Shown: one piece after another, positions 46,601 to 55,528 of the stretch | How positions within the stretch are numbered: position 1 is the first letter of the stretch | How the letters are laid out: each line of letters opens with the position of its first letter | DNA from: a virus | DNA: 64,000 bases | Strand: one strand, 5' to 3' | Virus record (IMG/VR): IMGVR_UViG_3300012232_000011 | Span: 17,196 to 81,195 of that record | Position numbers and translations under genes: made by a program | The notes under the pieces: generated by a model | What the model was told of the DNA's origin: nothing | Seen by the model: the letters and a program-made list of their open reading frames with translations, nothing else | The model's database searches: none

Positions 46601-48239
46601 CGCGCTGAACGATCTCGCGGTCATCCTCAATTCGGCGAGCCTGAACGCCGCCGTTTACTACACGCTCAACTCGCTCAACGCGACACCCGCATGGAAAGCG
46701 GCGCAGGGCGCGGTTCCGGCGAAGTCCCGTGGCACCTGGCTTATGCCGAACCTCGGTGCCGCCGGAGCTGGAGCCTTTCAGTTCGGATACAACGACGCCG
46801 ATATCTACCTCGGGGACGACCTGACAGGCTCGGGGATCCTTCAGGTTGCGGTCGCGCCGACGACGCTCGACGTGGGCGACACGGCGAATCACGGGCTGGC
46901 CATCGGCGCGTTCATCGGCGGGATCGGCGGCGCCCATATGGTCGCGGCGGAAGGTGCGGCGGACGGGACGCTCTACAAAACGTGGGATCGGTTCGGACAG
47001 ATCGGCAAGCATCGCCCTGCCGCCGGGTTCCCGGCTGCTCCCGCTGGCGCGAACTCGAAGATGATCAATATCTCCGCCGCCGGATTCGTGCAACCGCAGG
47101 GGCTGCTGTATTTCGTCGGTGGTGAAGGCGTTCTCTGTAGGTGGGATGACGACGCGGGACTGTGGGTCGCGCTCGGCGCCGGCGGACTGGATCCAGCCAA
47201 CTCCGCGCGACGGTTGATCGTGTTGCCCGGCGGCTTCCTGATGATGTACGGCGGCAACGCCGTCGGCGGCGGTTCCCTGTATTGGTCCCTCGACGGGAGT
47301 CAATGGGATCAGAAGATCGCGCCACGAGATCCGGGCACGTTCGGACGCAACGCCGGAGTCATCGATGTCGATGTCGATCTGAACGGGCGCGTGTGGGCGT
47401 GCGATGGCGACGACGATTCGCTGCTCTCCGCTGCAACCGAACAGGACAGCAACGACGATGAGTGGTTGCGAATCTGGTACAGCGACGACGACGGGTTCAG
47501 TTGGAACCTCGCGTATGAGGATCTTGGGTGGACGGATGGCGCGTTCATCAATGTCCGCACCGGGATCGACGGCTTCTGTTGCGACCTCGAAACCGGCGCG
47601 GTCCTCGCGTTCGCGAACACGGAACACGCCGGACACCCGCGCTTGATTTACTCCAACGATCAGATCGCGTGGGTGCGACGCACCGCCGTCGGCGAGTTGC
47701 CGAACAGCGGCGGCGCGAACAACTCGAACGAGTATCGCTCCGGGACGGGTGGCAGAGTGCTGGTCTCGCGCCGGGGCGCGGTGTCCGATACGTTCCTCGG
47801 CGCGATTCAATACACGGACGACCGCGCCGCTACCAACTGGTCATATGGATCGCCGTTCAGCTCCGCGACACGCGGAAACGGATGGACCATCGGGCCGACA
47901 CGCACGATTAACGGCGAGCGGCGGGTGGCAATCTGTCACGTCGGGCGCGATCTCCCGAACGACTGGCACGGCCTATACAAGAGCGACGACAACGGCGACA
48001 CGTGGACGCTCGTGCATGAGTTCGACGCCGACGACGGGGACGCCTTCGCCTCGGTGGAGTATGATCCGTACACCGACACCGCCTACTGTCACAGTCGAAA
48101 TACGAATGGCGTCGAGCCTGGACTCTGGAAGGTGGTCGGCGTGTTCGACGCTTCGCCCGTTGTCACGGACATCCGCTCTAACATCGCGTCACTCGTCACC
48201 GACAATGACAGCTGGCTCGCGTTGGCTCTGAGGTTCTAA
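43611..48239 (+). CDS. tail tip/hub protein: N-terminal unknown domain + hub + PKD-like + beta-propellers
   Basis: 1542 aa; hub-like core, GSYDFDGEVVSY..ITLEVEDDDG (PKD-like) and Asp-box repeats SPDGGITW, SDNDGVDW, SDDDGFSW, SDDNGDTW. Confidence 0.8.
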   Translation: MPGSISRPFADTSIWNTRIGTGAAPVHAQIPAPVFINPERDIIVLTPAEPARQVWENGVFGCAGPGDLCDEVSYTGLDVPVPDDFVVPNECPFVLNNSAAFLLADGVTVKEFQPAHRCTAAGRVTCFEGDFISTGDIVDGDGIFGSHGGSSMSALGGCIRPGELVPGADIEHALKILLDGRSLSSTHDGFRWPAAHADSGFEDLYTGIVPACRMGALLHLLPTFDVDALNTEPAQIIARTLQQYGCYVVDLRADETNVGMAISREPNSMGGDAYLEFADTWGFDFSADTGPWFDDMVAIFTALHVVDNNSESNIGGGGGTVASVFQFEAGKVATQQVIVGTGTVLNRVKSISYSFRVATVPTATIVLNELPPGAVAFNQDIRVYLGFNGLNLLQFTGRIIHVNTNEHNTVVECSGRAFWLDVPYRDVLLTIQNISNSSAITTLLQGAGIPDFTLIGIPAWQMGTVDLAPQSDDVEDKFVTLEFETTGEAIMKIGEPDGIRWMETATGTIIVTPLRHIPAVSPWRTYFSMHLNGDAEEYPTGVTVGRPQIRNVGKQQRIRDVKNRVIVSGATIQQVNDDGTADPIPITGVAQANSPWIKNFDGSAAYNTLDFQHELIDTLAKASETAFNEVLANNRLFEDVSLNINGDPELALARTVRVLDPDYSRIDARYFIEGYTTTLDVESGTFESSLELIGGPDAGSAIDVLPFALFQRTIDREVIGDRVWAIITVDCTGSYDFDGEVVSYHLEDSEGYDVTQTSPVFYLRVDPDAATLPYQITLEVEDDDGNVSLPLTLTVGLTPADTFVVVPAEFVANDAWFSASPDGGITWNDQPGPGGDSVISTGTKPPNGIDFGIGIFGTELGAIYRTDDFCATPPTQTLAPVGSPMVHTWPDLNHLGTFWGLTRDGRVFRSDNDGVDWALHDDLRIVFNRPNLIANRIATPAPDGVWVFGGEGNGQPLICHDFDRAHHWNKVPIDGELLAACNAAADPSLYVADAGNSALNDLAVILNSASLNAAVYYTLNSLNATPAWKAAQGAVPAKSRGTWLMPNLGAAGAGAFQFGYNDADIYLGDDLTGSGILQVAVAPTTLDVGDTANHGLAIGAFIGGIGGAHMVAAEGAADGTLYKTWDRFGQIGKHRPAAGFPAAPAGANSKMINISAAGFVQPQGLLYFVGGEGVLCRWDDDAGLWVALGAGGLDPANSARRLIVLPGGFLMMYGGNAVGGGSLYWSLDGSQWDQKIAPRDPGTFGRNAGVIDVDVDLNGRVWACDGDDDSLLSAATEQDSNDDEWLRIWYSDDDGFSWNLAYEDLGWTDGAFINVRTGIDGFCCDLETGAVLAFANTEHAGHPRLIYSNDQIAWVRRTAVGELPNSGGANNSNEYRSGTGGRVLVSRRGAVSDTFLGAIQYTDDRAATNWSYGSPFSSATRGNGWTIGPTRTINGERRVAICHVGRDLPNDWHGLYKSDDNGDTWTLVHEFDADDGDAFASVEYDPYTDTAYCHSRNTNGVEPGLWKVVGVFDASPVVTDIRSNIASLVTDNDSWLALALRF

Positions 48240-49108
48240 TGAGCCTAGACCGCATCACGCGCAAACAGACGGAGCAGGATCGCGAGATCCGCCGCCTCCG
48301 CAAGCAACAGGGGCGCGGGATCGTTTCCGTGGCCCGGCTTCAGGGCCCCATCCCTGCCTCACAGACACCGCAGAACGGGGCGGTTTCCAACTGGGTCAAC
48401 GATTCGGGCGCAACCCGCGCTGCCGGGACGGTAGTGATAGCCTCAGGCGACCGCCTGTTCGACGTGACGGCGACCGAGGCGCATCTCGCCGTTATCGGCG
48501 CGGTCGAGTCGGACAGCATCGACGACGGCGCGGAGGGGCGGATCCGTCACGTCGGATACCAACCGACCCTGCTCGTACAGGACGGCGTCGCCTCCGGCGA
48601 CTTCCTCGCACAGTCGCCGACGCTCGGGCGTGCCTTTTCGATCGGCAACGGGTTCTCGAACTATTGGGGCACCTTCGCCCGGGCGTTGACCGCCTTCGCG
48701 GGACCTGGACCGGGCACCGTCGCCGCGTACCTGTTCCCGCCCACGCTCAATCCGCCGTTCGCCGCGCTCGAGTTCCCGATGGGCGGCGACGAAATCACAG
48801 CGGGGATCGCGCTGGACTTCCGCGTCCCGTATAACTTGGAGATCCTCGCGTGGTCATTACTTGCGGATCAGACGGGCGACATTCTGCTCGACCTCTGGAA
48901 GGACACCTTCGCAAACTATCCGCCGACCATTGCGGACACCGTCGTGGGGACGGAGCCGCCGGAGATCATCGCGGGGATCAAGGCGGAGCTGTCGCCCGTC
49001 ACCGATTGGGAGGCGATTTGGTTGAAGGGCGAGTGCGTGCGCGTGAACGTGGACAGCGTTACCGACATCGCCCGGGTTACGCTGTGCCTCGATGTAATCA
49101 TGCTGTAA
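48239..49108 (+). CDS. minor tail / fibre protein
   Basis: 289 aa with an N-terminal coiled segment; TAATG coupling to the tail tip gene. Confidence 0.6.
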   Translation: MSLDRITRKQTEQDREIRRLRKQQGRGIVSVARLQGPIPASQTPQNGAVSNWVNDSGATRAAGTVVIASGDRLFDVTATEAHLAVIGAVESDSIDDGAEGRIRHVGYQPTLLVQDGVASGDFLAQSPTLGRAFSIGNGFSNYWGTFARALTAFAGPGPGTVAAYLFPPTLNPPFAALEFPMGGDEITAGIALDFRVPYNLEILAWSLLADQTGDILLDLWKDTFANYPPTIADTVVGTEPPEIIAGIKAELSPVTDWEAIWLKGECVRVNVDSVTDIARVTLCLDVIML

Positions 49109-49118
49109 GGAGCCGACG

Positions 49119-50321
49119 ATGGACGCCCCGCTGATCGCTGTACGCCCGGACATAGACGTCGACGGAATCGGTCGCAAGCTGGCGCGGCTCGGGCGGATGG
49201 CCCGGGCGATGCCGCCTGCCTGGGACGGCGCGGCGATCTCACACCTCCTCGCGGGACCCGGCGGCGAATACCTCGGGCGCATGTTGCCGGGGCGCGGCGT
49301 GTACGTCCTACAGGATCCGGCGACGCTCGGGCTGCGGAAGTTGCCGCCCTTCGTGTTCCCCTCGTCGCCCGTGAAGCGGTTGATCAACATGATCGCCGAT
49401 CCGGACGCTGGCGATCACGATGCGGAGCGCGTCGCCCTCCGGTTGTTCGAGACGGTCGCCCGTATCGCCGGCGGAGCCGTCACAACCTACGATGACATTA
49501 TCGCGGGGCGTGCCGCTGGCAAGGCGAACGATATCGTCTTTGCGAAGGCAAGCGTCTCGACGTCGTCGGATCAGTGGGAGGCGTTGTTCCGCGCTGCTGG
49601 TCAACCGGGCGCAGGCTCGTACACCGGGATCCCCGGCGGCGCGGCGCACAAACGCACGGACAACGGCGCCCTGAGCCTCGGACTGTGGGACCCGACCGGC
49701 GGCGACGCGAAGTATCTGCTGACCTTCGGTTACGGATCATCGTCTGCGTTCGACATGATCATGTTGGCGGATCTCCTAGTCGCTTGCGGTGCGATCCTGG
49801 CGACGACGGCGGCGGATCAGACTGTCAACAGCACCGCGCTTACGCGCTACACGACGGGCGCCGGGGTCATGGCCTGTCTGGACGTGACGACCGCACTCTC
49901 GAACACGGCGCACACGATCCGGCTGAAGTCATACACCGATCAGGGTGGCACGGGCGGAGCGGATACGGGAGCTATCAACAGCGTGGCCGCCGCCGCCGAT
50001 GGTCGCGTGTTGCCGAACGTCGCCGGGCCGTTTTTTCATCTGGCGGCGGGAGATTACGGCTTGCGATCCGTCGAGACCTTCGCGTGCGGAACCGCGCTCG
50101 TCGCAGGCGCGTTCGCGCTCAACCTATACTTCCCGCTGTGTTACGTTCCCGGCGTCGCCGCCGATGCGTATGTGGAGCGCGACTCGACGATCCAGATCGA
50201 CGGGATCACGGAGTTGGTCATGACGGGTGGCGGCGAGTTGGGATGCCTCGTGTTGTACGGACTCCCGGGCGGCTCGGCGACGGGCGAACTCACGGGCTTT
50301 ATCCGAACGGTCGCCGGCTGA
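49119..50321 (+). CDS. virion protein, paralog family member 3
   Basis: YTDQGG, LAAGDYGLRSVE and YFPL..P align with YTDDAG, LLAGDYGVADVE and GHPL..P of 10653..12763. Confidence 0.7.
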   Translation: MDAPLIAVRPDIDVDGIGRKLARLGRMARAMPPAWDGAAISHLLAGPGGEYLGRMLPGRGVYVLQDPATLGLRKLPPFVFPSSPVKRLINMIADPDAGDHDAERVALRLFETVARIAGGAVTTYDDIIAGRAAGKANDIVFAKASVSTSSDQWEALFRAAGQPGAGSYTGIPGGAAHKRTDNGALSLGLWDPTGGDAKYLLTFGYGSSSAFDMIMLADLLVACGAILATTAADQTVNSTALTRYTTGAGVMACLDVTTALSNTAHTIRLKSYTDQGGTGGADTGAINSVAAAADGRVLPNVAGPFFHLAAGDYGLRSVETFACGTALVAGAFALNLYFPLCYVPGVAADAYVERDSTIQIDGITELVMTGGGELGCLVLYGLPGGSATGELTGFIRTVAG

Positions 50322-50656
50322 TGGCTCTTACCGTGATCATCGGCGGGAATCCGATGCAGTACGCGGTGCAATCCGGTTGCTCCGCCGTTCATGGTGAAGC
50401 GTTTCCGACGCCCGGCACCCTTGCCTGGCTCCCGGCGGAGCGGACCCCGCGCCACAACCTGAAGCGGCGGTCGCCTGGAACCATCGGCGTTGCCTGGACG
50501 GGATACCAAACCAACTCGGAGAGCGAGCAGAATCGCCCCTTCAGGTTCAAGGCGTTCGACGGTACACACGAGGCCGCTGCGTCGCTATCCGGGCATGGCG
50601 ATATGGAAGCCCGATACGCTCGCCAGCGGCAGCGAGCGCGGTTCTTTATCTCCTAG
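50321..50656 (+). CDS. hypothetical protein carrying the 37-bp repeat (ASLSGHGDMEAR)
   Basis: TGATG-coupled start MALTVIIGG...; the 3' part of track ORF 49574..50656. Confidence 0.6.
   Translation: MALTVIIGGNPMQYAVQSGCSAVHGEAFPTPGTLAWLPAERTPRHNLKRRSPGTIGVAWTGYQTNSESEQNRPFRFKAFDGTHEAAASLSGHGDMEARYARQRQRARFFIS
50579..50615 (+). repeat. 37-bp exact dispersed repeat, copy 2
   Basis: Identical to 15587-15623. Confidence 0.9.
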
Positions 50657-50701
50657 CGAACCCTTCGCCCCATCCCGTACCCTTCAGGGGGCAGACAACC
50701 T

Positions 50702-50762
50702 CATAGGCTCCATACCGCCGGAGATGTAGGGGCGGCGATCATCTGATCGCCGCCTGTTTTTC
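50702..50762 (+). ncRNA. conserved leader + intrinsic terminator, copy 3 (diverged)
   Basis: ATAGGCTC-CATAC-CGCCGGAGATGTAGGGGCGGCGATCA/TGATCGCCGCC followed by TGTTTTT. Confidence 0.75.
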
Positions 50763-50780
50763 GTTGACTAGGGGGAGACG

Positions 50781-51056
50781 TTGACGGACGGGGAACGGGA
50801 CACAATGCTCGAACGTCACGATCAGACGCTCCAGCACTTTGATCAGATGTTGCGCGGCAACGGCGGGCCCGGTCTCGGCGAGCAAGTGCGGACGTTATCG
50901 GTAACGGTCTCGACGCTCGCGAACGCCGTCCCCGCGCTCCAACGCTCCGACGTCTTCCAAAGTGCGCTCGCGGATGGAATGTTCCGCCTGTTCGGAACCG
51001 CGATCACCGTGGCGATCACCGTGGCGATGGTCAAACTTATGGAGGGGATGTTTTGA
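50781..51056 (+). CDS. membrane protein (lysis cassette)
   Basis: TTG start after GGGGGAG; coiled N-terminus and C-terminal TM segment. Confidence 0.65.
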   Translation: MTDGERDTMLERHDQTLQHFDQMLRGNGGPGLGEQVRTLSVTVSTLANAVPALQRSDVFQSALADGMFRLFGTAITVAITVAMVKLMEGMF

Positions 51057-51379
51057 CGGCGTTCGACGTGGTCGAATTGATCGGGGCTTTATTCATGCTC
51101 GGGATCGTCACAATGTGGAGCCGTGTAATCTTCGGTCACTGGTGGTGTAGGTACGGGCGTGAGGCGGGGCTTGCCTGGATCGTGATCGGTGCGAACATCG
51201 CGGTGCAGCGGCTGTTGAACCAGCTCGGGATCGTATCCGGCGACATGCGCTCCGCGCTGAACACGCTCGTCTACATCGTCGCGTTCTGTTATCTGATCGA
51301 GGTAACGATGATCCACTTCCGCTGGCATCAAGTGCTAAATCGGCACGGGCGAAACGAACGAAAGGAGATCGCACAATGA
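51053..51379 (+). CDS. multi-pass membrane protein (holin candidate)
   Basis: About three hydrophobic segments and a basic C-terminal tail. Confidence 0.6.
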   Translation: MTAFDVVELIGALFMLGIVTMWSRVIFGHWWCRYGREAGLAWIVIGANIAVQRLLNQLGIVSGDMRSALNTLVYIVAFCYLIEVTMIHFRWHQVLNRHGRNERKEIAQ

Positions 51380-51876
51380 GCAGGTTCCTCACACTAGGAG
51401 GCGCACCGCCGTTTATCGTTGCCGGATTCCGCGGAGCTGTGGAAGTCGGACTCCTCGCGATCATCGGGTACGTGATCGACGCGACTCGCGGGATCGACTT
51501 CCGCCAGTACGTCGAGATCGCCCCGTTGATCTTCGGAGGGCTTCGCGCCGGCGAAGGCTTCGTCGATGAACTGATCGATCCGGGACAGAACCGCACGGGC
51601 ATCCCCTCCGGTGCGGTCGCCAATTACTTCAAGGGGATCGGATACGTCGGGCCTGCCGCCGTCGGCTTCCTCCGATCGTTTGTGGAAGTCGGCGTCCTGT
51701 CCGCCATCGGCTTCGGCCTTCACACGGCGGACTCAGTCGATTGGGGACAGTACACGCTCTTCGCGCCGGCCGCGTTCTTTGGGCTTCGCTGGCTCGAAGG
51801 ATTCGCCGATCAGTTCATCGACCCGAAGCAGAACCGTCGCGCCGCGCTCCCGCTCGCTGCGACGGTTGCGGCTTAG
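51376..51876 (+). CDS. membrane protein with internal duplication (holin candidate)
   Basis: Two ~81-aa-spaced units F..xVEVG...GLR..EGF.D..IDP.QNR. Confidence 0.65.
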   Translation: MSRFLTLGGAPPFIVAGFRGAVEVGLLAIIGYVIDATRGIDFRQYVEIAPLIFGGLRAGEGFVDELIDPGQNRTGIPSGAVANYFKGIGYVGPAAVGFLRSFVEVGVLSAIGFGLHTADSVDWGQYTLFAPAAFFGLRWLEGFADQFIDPKQNRRAALPLAATVAA

Positions 51877-51885
51877 GCGGACAAC

Positions 51886-53697
51886 ATGAAGACCGCAAGG
51901 ATGCGTCTCGCGTTGATTCCCCTGTTCGCGCTCGCGCTCGCGCTCGCGTGTGGCGCAGGATTCCAGCTCGGCAACTCCGGAGGCGCGACAGGCGTCGCCG
52001 GAGTGCCCGGTGTCGATTGTGTTGCCTTCGGCGGGGACCTGGCACCGCTCGATCCCGTGACGGGTGCGCCCATCGGGGACTGTGTCCTGCAATCGGCGGA
52101 TCAGGGTGCGCTCGGCGTCTGTATGATCCGCTACGGGCCGCAACTCCCAACGCCCGGCGGGCCTCCGATGGATTGCCGCCCAAACACACAGACACCGACG
52201 CCCACGGTCACAAACACACCGACGGCGACCGTCACACCGCCGCCAACCGCAACCTTCACACCGACCAGCACGCCTACGGCCACCCGGACGGCGACGCCCT
52301 CGAACACGCCGGGCACGGGCGTCACCTTCGCTGTCACGGGCAACCCGCCGAGCGCGTTCACGCTCGAAGCCTTCACGACGATCTCGGGCGATGTCCGCCT
52401 CGAGTTCCGCGTCGACGGAGGCGCGTCGCCGTGGCCCGTTGAAAACGTCGCGCCCTATTCCCTCTGCGGCGATGAGTACAACGCGCAAGGTGTTCGGGTT
52501 CTCAATACCTGCACGCTCGCCGCCGGCTCGCACACGATCACCGCGAATGTCTACGCCCAAAGCGGCTCGGTGATCCTTCAGTCCGGCTCCATCGTGATTG
52601 GTGGCCCGGCGCCCACGCCGACGAACACACCCGTACCAACAGCGACCAACACGGCGGGACCTTCGCCGACACCGACGAACACGCCGACGCCCGGCGCGGG
52701 TCGCGATAAGTTTCTCTGGCCCTTCGATTCCGTGTCGCCCTGGAACATGCCGATCGGAAGCGGTGCGATCCTCGCGCCCTCGAACTTCGGGACGCCGGCG
52801 TGCTATGAGCCGTCGTGTCGATACTTCACGGAGGCGGAGTACATCTTCCTTACGCCGACGGCGCCGCTCGTGAATATCGGCGGCGGAGGCGGCTGTACCG
52901 GGTCGGGCAGCGGACAGGTGCGCCTCCCGAACGGCGTCACCTTCGGCGGTCCAGGCGGATCTAACGACACGGGCGGCGCACTCCGCACGAACACCGACCG
53001 CGTTCAGGAGTGGTACAACGGGTGCCGCAGCACCGCGTCGAATTGCGCTGTCGCGAATTGCAGCATGGGTGTGGCGAACGTGCTGTGTGAACACTCGATC
53101 AGCGGGTACGGCGTCTCGACACCGTCGATCTTCTGTTACGGCGGACACGGCGGCTCCGGACTGTCCGCCGTCGGCGGAAGCATCCGCGTGTGGGAGCTGG
53201 CGGCGGGTACGCCGCTGCGTCACGCGCTGAAGTTGACGATGCCTGCGAACCGCTTGAACAACGACGGCGACTCGCCCGAATGTAACGATGGTTACCGCTG
53301 GCCCGCGATCATCGCCGACGGCGGGTGGGACTCGCCCGGCGGCGCGTCGGAGTACAGCGGGGTGGTTAAGTCGCTCTGCATGGGCGCGTTGCTCGCGCTC
53401 CCGCAATCGACCAACTGCACCGCCCTAGTTCCGAACGAGCTGAGTCGGCGCGTCTGTGCCGCGCTCCGGGACTATGGAGCCTACGTCGTCGATATTCATC
53501 CTCTCGATATGGATTGTCCGGCGACGTGCTGGCAACCGTTCACCCTGAACGGCGAAGCCGCAGTCGAGGGCTTTCTGATCGACAACGATATGATCGCGCT
53601 GATCTCCGCGCTGCAAGTCGTAACGAACAACGGGCCTGCGTCCGTTGGCGGCGGCGGGACGCCGTTGGTACCATTGGCTCCGCCTATCAGTAATTGA
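51886..53697 (+). CDS. secreted/lipoprotein: PT linker + Ig-like domain + PT linker + domain shared with the tail tip N-terminus
   Basis: Signal peptide ending LALACG; TPT repeats; FRVDG..E..APY..HTITA (Ig-like); C-terminal domain from 52705. Confidence 0.8.
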   Translation: MKTARMRLALIPLFALALALACGAGFQLGNSGGATGVAGVPGVDCVAFGGDLAPLDPVTGAPIGDCVLQSADQGALGVCMIRYGPQLPTPGGPPMDCRPNTQTPTPTVTNTPTATVTPPPTATFTPTSTPTATRTATPSNTPGTGVTFAVTGNPPSAFTLEAFTTISGDVRLEFRVDGGASPWPVENVAPYSLCGDEYNAQGVRVLNTCTLAAGSHTITANVYAQSGSVILQSGSIVIGGPAPTPTNTPVPTATNTAGPSPTPTNTPTPGAGRDKFLWPFDSVSPWNMPIGSGAILAPSNFGTPACYEPSCRYFTEAEYIFLTPTAPLVNIGGGGGCTGSGSGQVRLPNGVTFGGPGGSNDTGGALRTNTDRVQEWYNGCRSTASNCAVANCSMGVANVLCEHSISGYGVSTPSIFCYGGHGGSGLSAVGGSIRVWELAAGTPLRHALKLTMPANRLNNDGDSPECNDGYRWPAIIADGGWDSPGGASEYSGVVKSLCMGALLALPQSTNCTALVPNELSRRVCAALRDYGAYVVDIHPLDMDCPATCWQPFTLNGEAAVEGFLIDNDMIALISALQVVTNNGPASVGGGGTPLVPLAPPISN

Positions 53698-54155
53698 GCA
53701 AGGGGGACCCATTGAAAGCCGCCGCCCTGATCTCCGCAGCGATCTTCGTCGCAGTTGGATTCCTTGCCGCCGTGCAGTTTGCTCCGGAAGTAAACGCGCA
53801 CGGCGGCGGGTGTTCGTACCAGTGCAAAACGCCGACGAAACCCGCGAAGACGCCGACGAAGCCGGCGTACACGAAGACCGCCAGCGCGACCGCGACACGG
53901 ACAGCAACATGGACACCGACCGCAACCCTCACTTCGACGCCGACACCGGAACCGAGCGACACACCCACGAACACGTTCACACCGACGGCAAGCAACACGC
54001 CCACGGACACGCCCACGCCGACCTTCACACCTTCCTCAACGATTACGCCGTCGCCGCCCACGAACACGCCCATCCCGACACAAACGCCGGGCGAGGGACT
54101 CACGCCGCCGTTGACGATCAACCCGCCGGACACCGGGAGCAGTGGTTCTAAGTAG
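53694..54155 (+). CDS. secreted Pro/Thr-rich (mucin-like) protein
   Basis: Signal peptide, TP repeats, ends INPPDTGSSGSK. Confidence 0.75.
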   Translation: MSKGDPLKAAALISAAIFVAVGFLAAVQFAPEVNAHGGGCSYQCKTPTKPAKTPTKPAYTKTASATATRTATWTPTATLTSTPTPEPSDTPTNTFTPTASNTPTDTPTPTFTPSSTITPSPPTNTPIPTQTPGEGLTPPLTINPPDTGSSGSK

Positions 54156-54214
54156 TAGATGAACGACGATCCGTTTCCTAGCAGCGCCATCTTCAGTGAT
54201 CGCCGCGCTCACGA

Positions 54215-55321
54215 GTGCGACTGGATCTGTATCGACCCGCTCCGGAATATCTGGCGGTGCCCGGGTTGCGGGACGGAGGCGAAGGGTTGAGCTACGAAGA
54301 CGGCTGGTGCGATCTCCCGTTCGTTGTCCAGCACCGCGGACCGCCGCGCCCTGGACCGAACGGCTTCCGGATCGGCGAGGGTCCCTTCGGGTATCCGCTC
54401 GGCGCCCGGGGACAGAACCGCCCGAGCGTGATCGTCAATCACATTATGAGCGGCCACAAACGGACGCTCGACAACTTTGACTGGCGATACGAAGCGTGGG
54501 TCGGCGTCACCTTCGGCCTTGACGATCTCGGCGTGTCGCAATATTGCTCGTTGTGGGACGCGCATTGGGGGAACGGGATCGCCGGTTCCGTGCCGCTGTT
54601 TAATCGCAACAACCCGCGCCTCCGCAAGATGGAAACTCGCGGGATCTGGATCCCGCGTCCGCTCTACTCCCGGAACGCACACTCGCTCGACGGCGGCGGC
54701 GTGAACATCATCAACGCAACGAGCGTCGCGAAGGAACACGCCGGCTTCAGCGGGAATGCATGGGGCGCGAGGATGTGGGAGTACAGCATCGAGATCGACC
54801 GCTGGTCAATCGAAGCCTGCCGGCGCAAAGGGTACGAGCTGGGCGTCGTCGATCCTTCGATGCTGGCGGGGCATATGGAGATCGACGCGGTCAACCGTTC
54901 GATGTGTCCGGGAACAGCGTGGAGCCGCACCCGTGAATACGCCGGGATCGTCGCTGGCGGAGGAGGAGCCGAAATGTTCATCGCATGGCCGAAGAGCGCG
55001 AAGTGGGGAAACGTAGCGGACGGTTGGGTCGGGAAGGTGTATCAACCCGGCGCATACGGGATGAACGTCCGCGCCGACCTCGGGCTTCCTGAGAACGCTC
55101 GAATGGTTCGGCTCCTGAGCGAAATCGATACGCCGAGGGCGGATGCGCGTCTCGTGTACGGGCACGGAGGCGGTAAGGGGACGGACGACATTCTGTCCGC
55201 CGTCAACCGCATCTCTTCGCCGGAGCTGCTGATCTCGCCCGAGGGGTTCGTCGACTTCGCGATCACCGGAGGGCCGATCACGTTTCGCCGTGTTCTCTCT
55301 TCGGGCTTCTGGACGTGGTAG
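54215..55321 (+). CDS. endolysin, N-acetylmuramoyl-L-alanine amidase (Amidase_2-like)
   Basis: VIVNH, AHWGNG, SVAKEHAG and GHMEID..RSMCPG Zn-amidase-type motifs. Confidence 0.75.
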   Translation: MRLDLYRPAPEYLAVPGLRDGGEGLSYEDGWCDLPFVVQHRGPPRPGPNGFRIGEGPFGYPLGARGQNRPSVIVNHIMSGHKRTLDNFDWRYEAWVGVTFGLDDLGVSQYCSLWDAHWGNGIAGSVPLFNRNNPRLRKMETRGIWIPRPLYSRNAHSLDGGGVNIINATSVAKEHAGFSGNAWGARMWEYSIEIDRWSIEACRRKGYELGVVDPSMLAGHMEIDAVNRSMCPGTAWSRTREYAGIVAGGGGAEMFIAWPKSAKWGNVADGWVGKVYQPGAYGMNVRADLGLPENARMVRLLSEIDTPRADARLVYGHGGGKGTDDILSAVNRISSPELLISPEGFVDFAITGGPITFRRVLSSGFWTW

Positions 55322-55528
55322 CTAGATGCCGCGCCGCACTGGACGGCGCGGCTCACTGAACGCCGGGCGGACGCGCAGGAGATCCCGCTGCTCCGCGTTC
55401 CTACAGGCGTCGCAAATCTCGAAGGGATCGCCGGAGTGAGTGCGGCGAACGTCCGGGAGCCACTTGCCGCCCGGACGTTCGCAGATCGCACACTCGGCCA
55501 ATAGATTAGGGCGTAGGTCGAACGTCAT
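55322..55528 (-). CDS. small CxxC zinc-finger protein (island 3)
   Basis: MTFDLRP..ECAIC..ICDAC. Confidence 0.6.
   Translation of the reverse strand: MTFDLRPNLLAECAICERPGGKWLPDVRRTHSGDPFEICDACRNAEQRDLLRVRPAFSEPRRPVRRGI

Noticed and set aside
15587-50615. Diversity-generating retroelement (TR/VR) suggested by the 37-bp and 44-bp repeats
   Set aside because: No reverse transcriptase in the window. The repeats are short, and either identical or differing only at synonymous positions, so there is no adenine-specific variable region.
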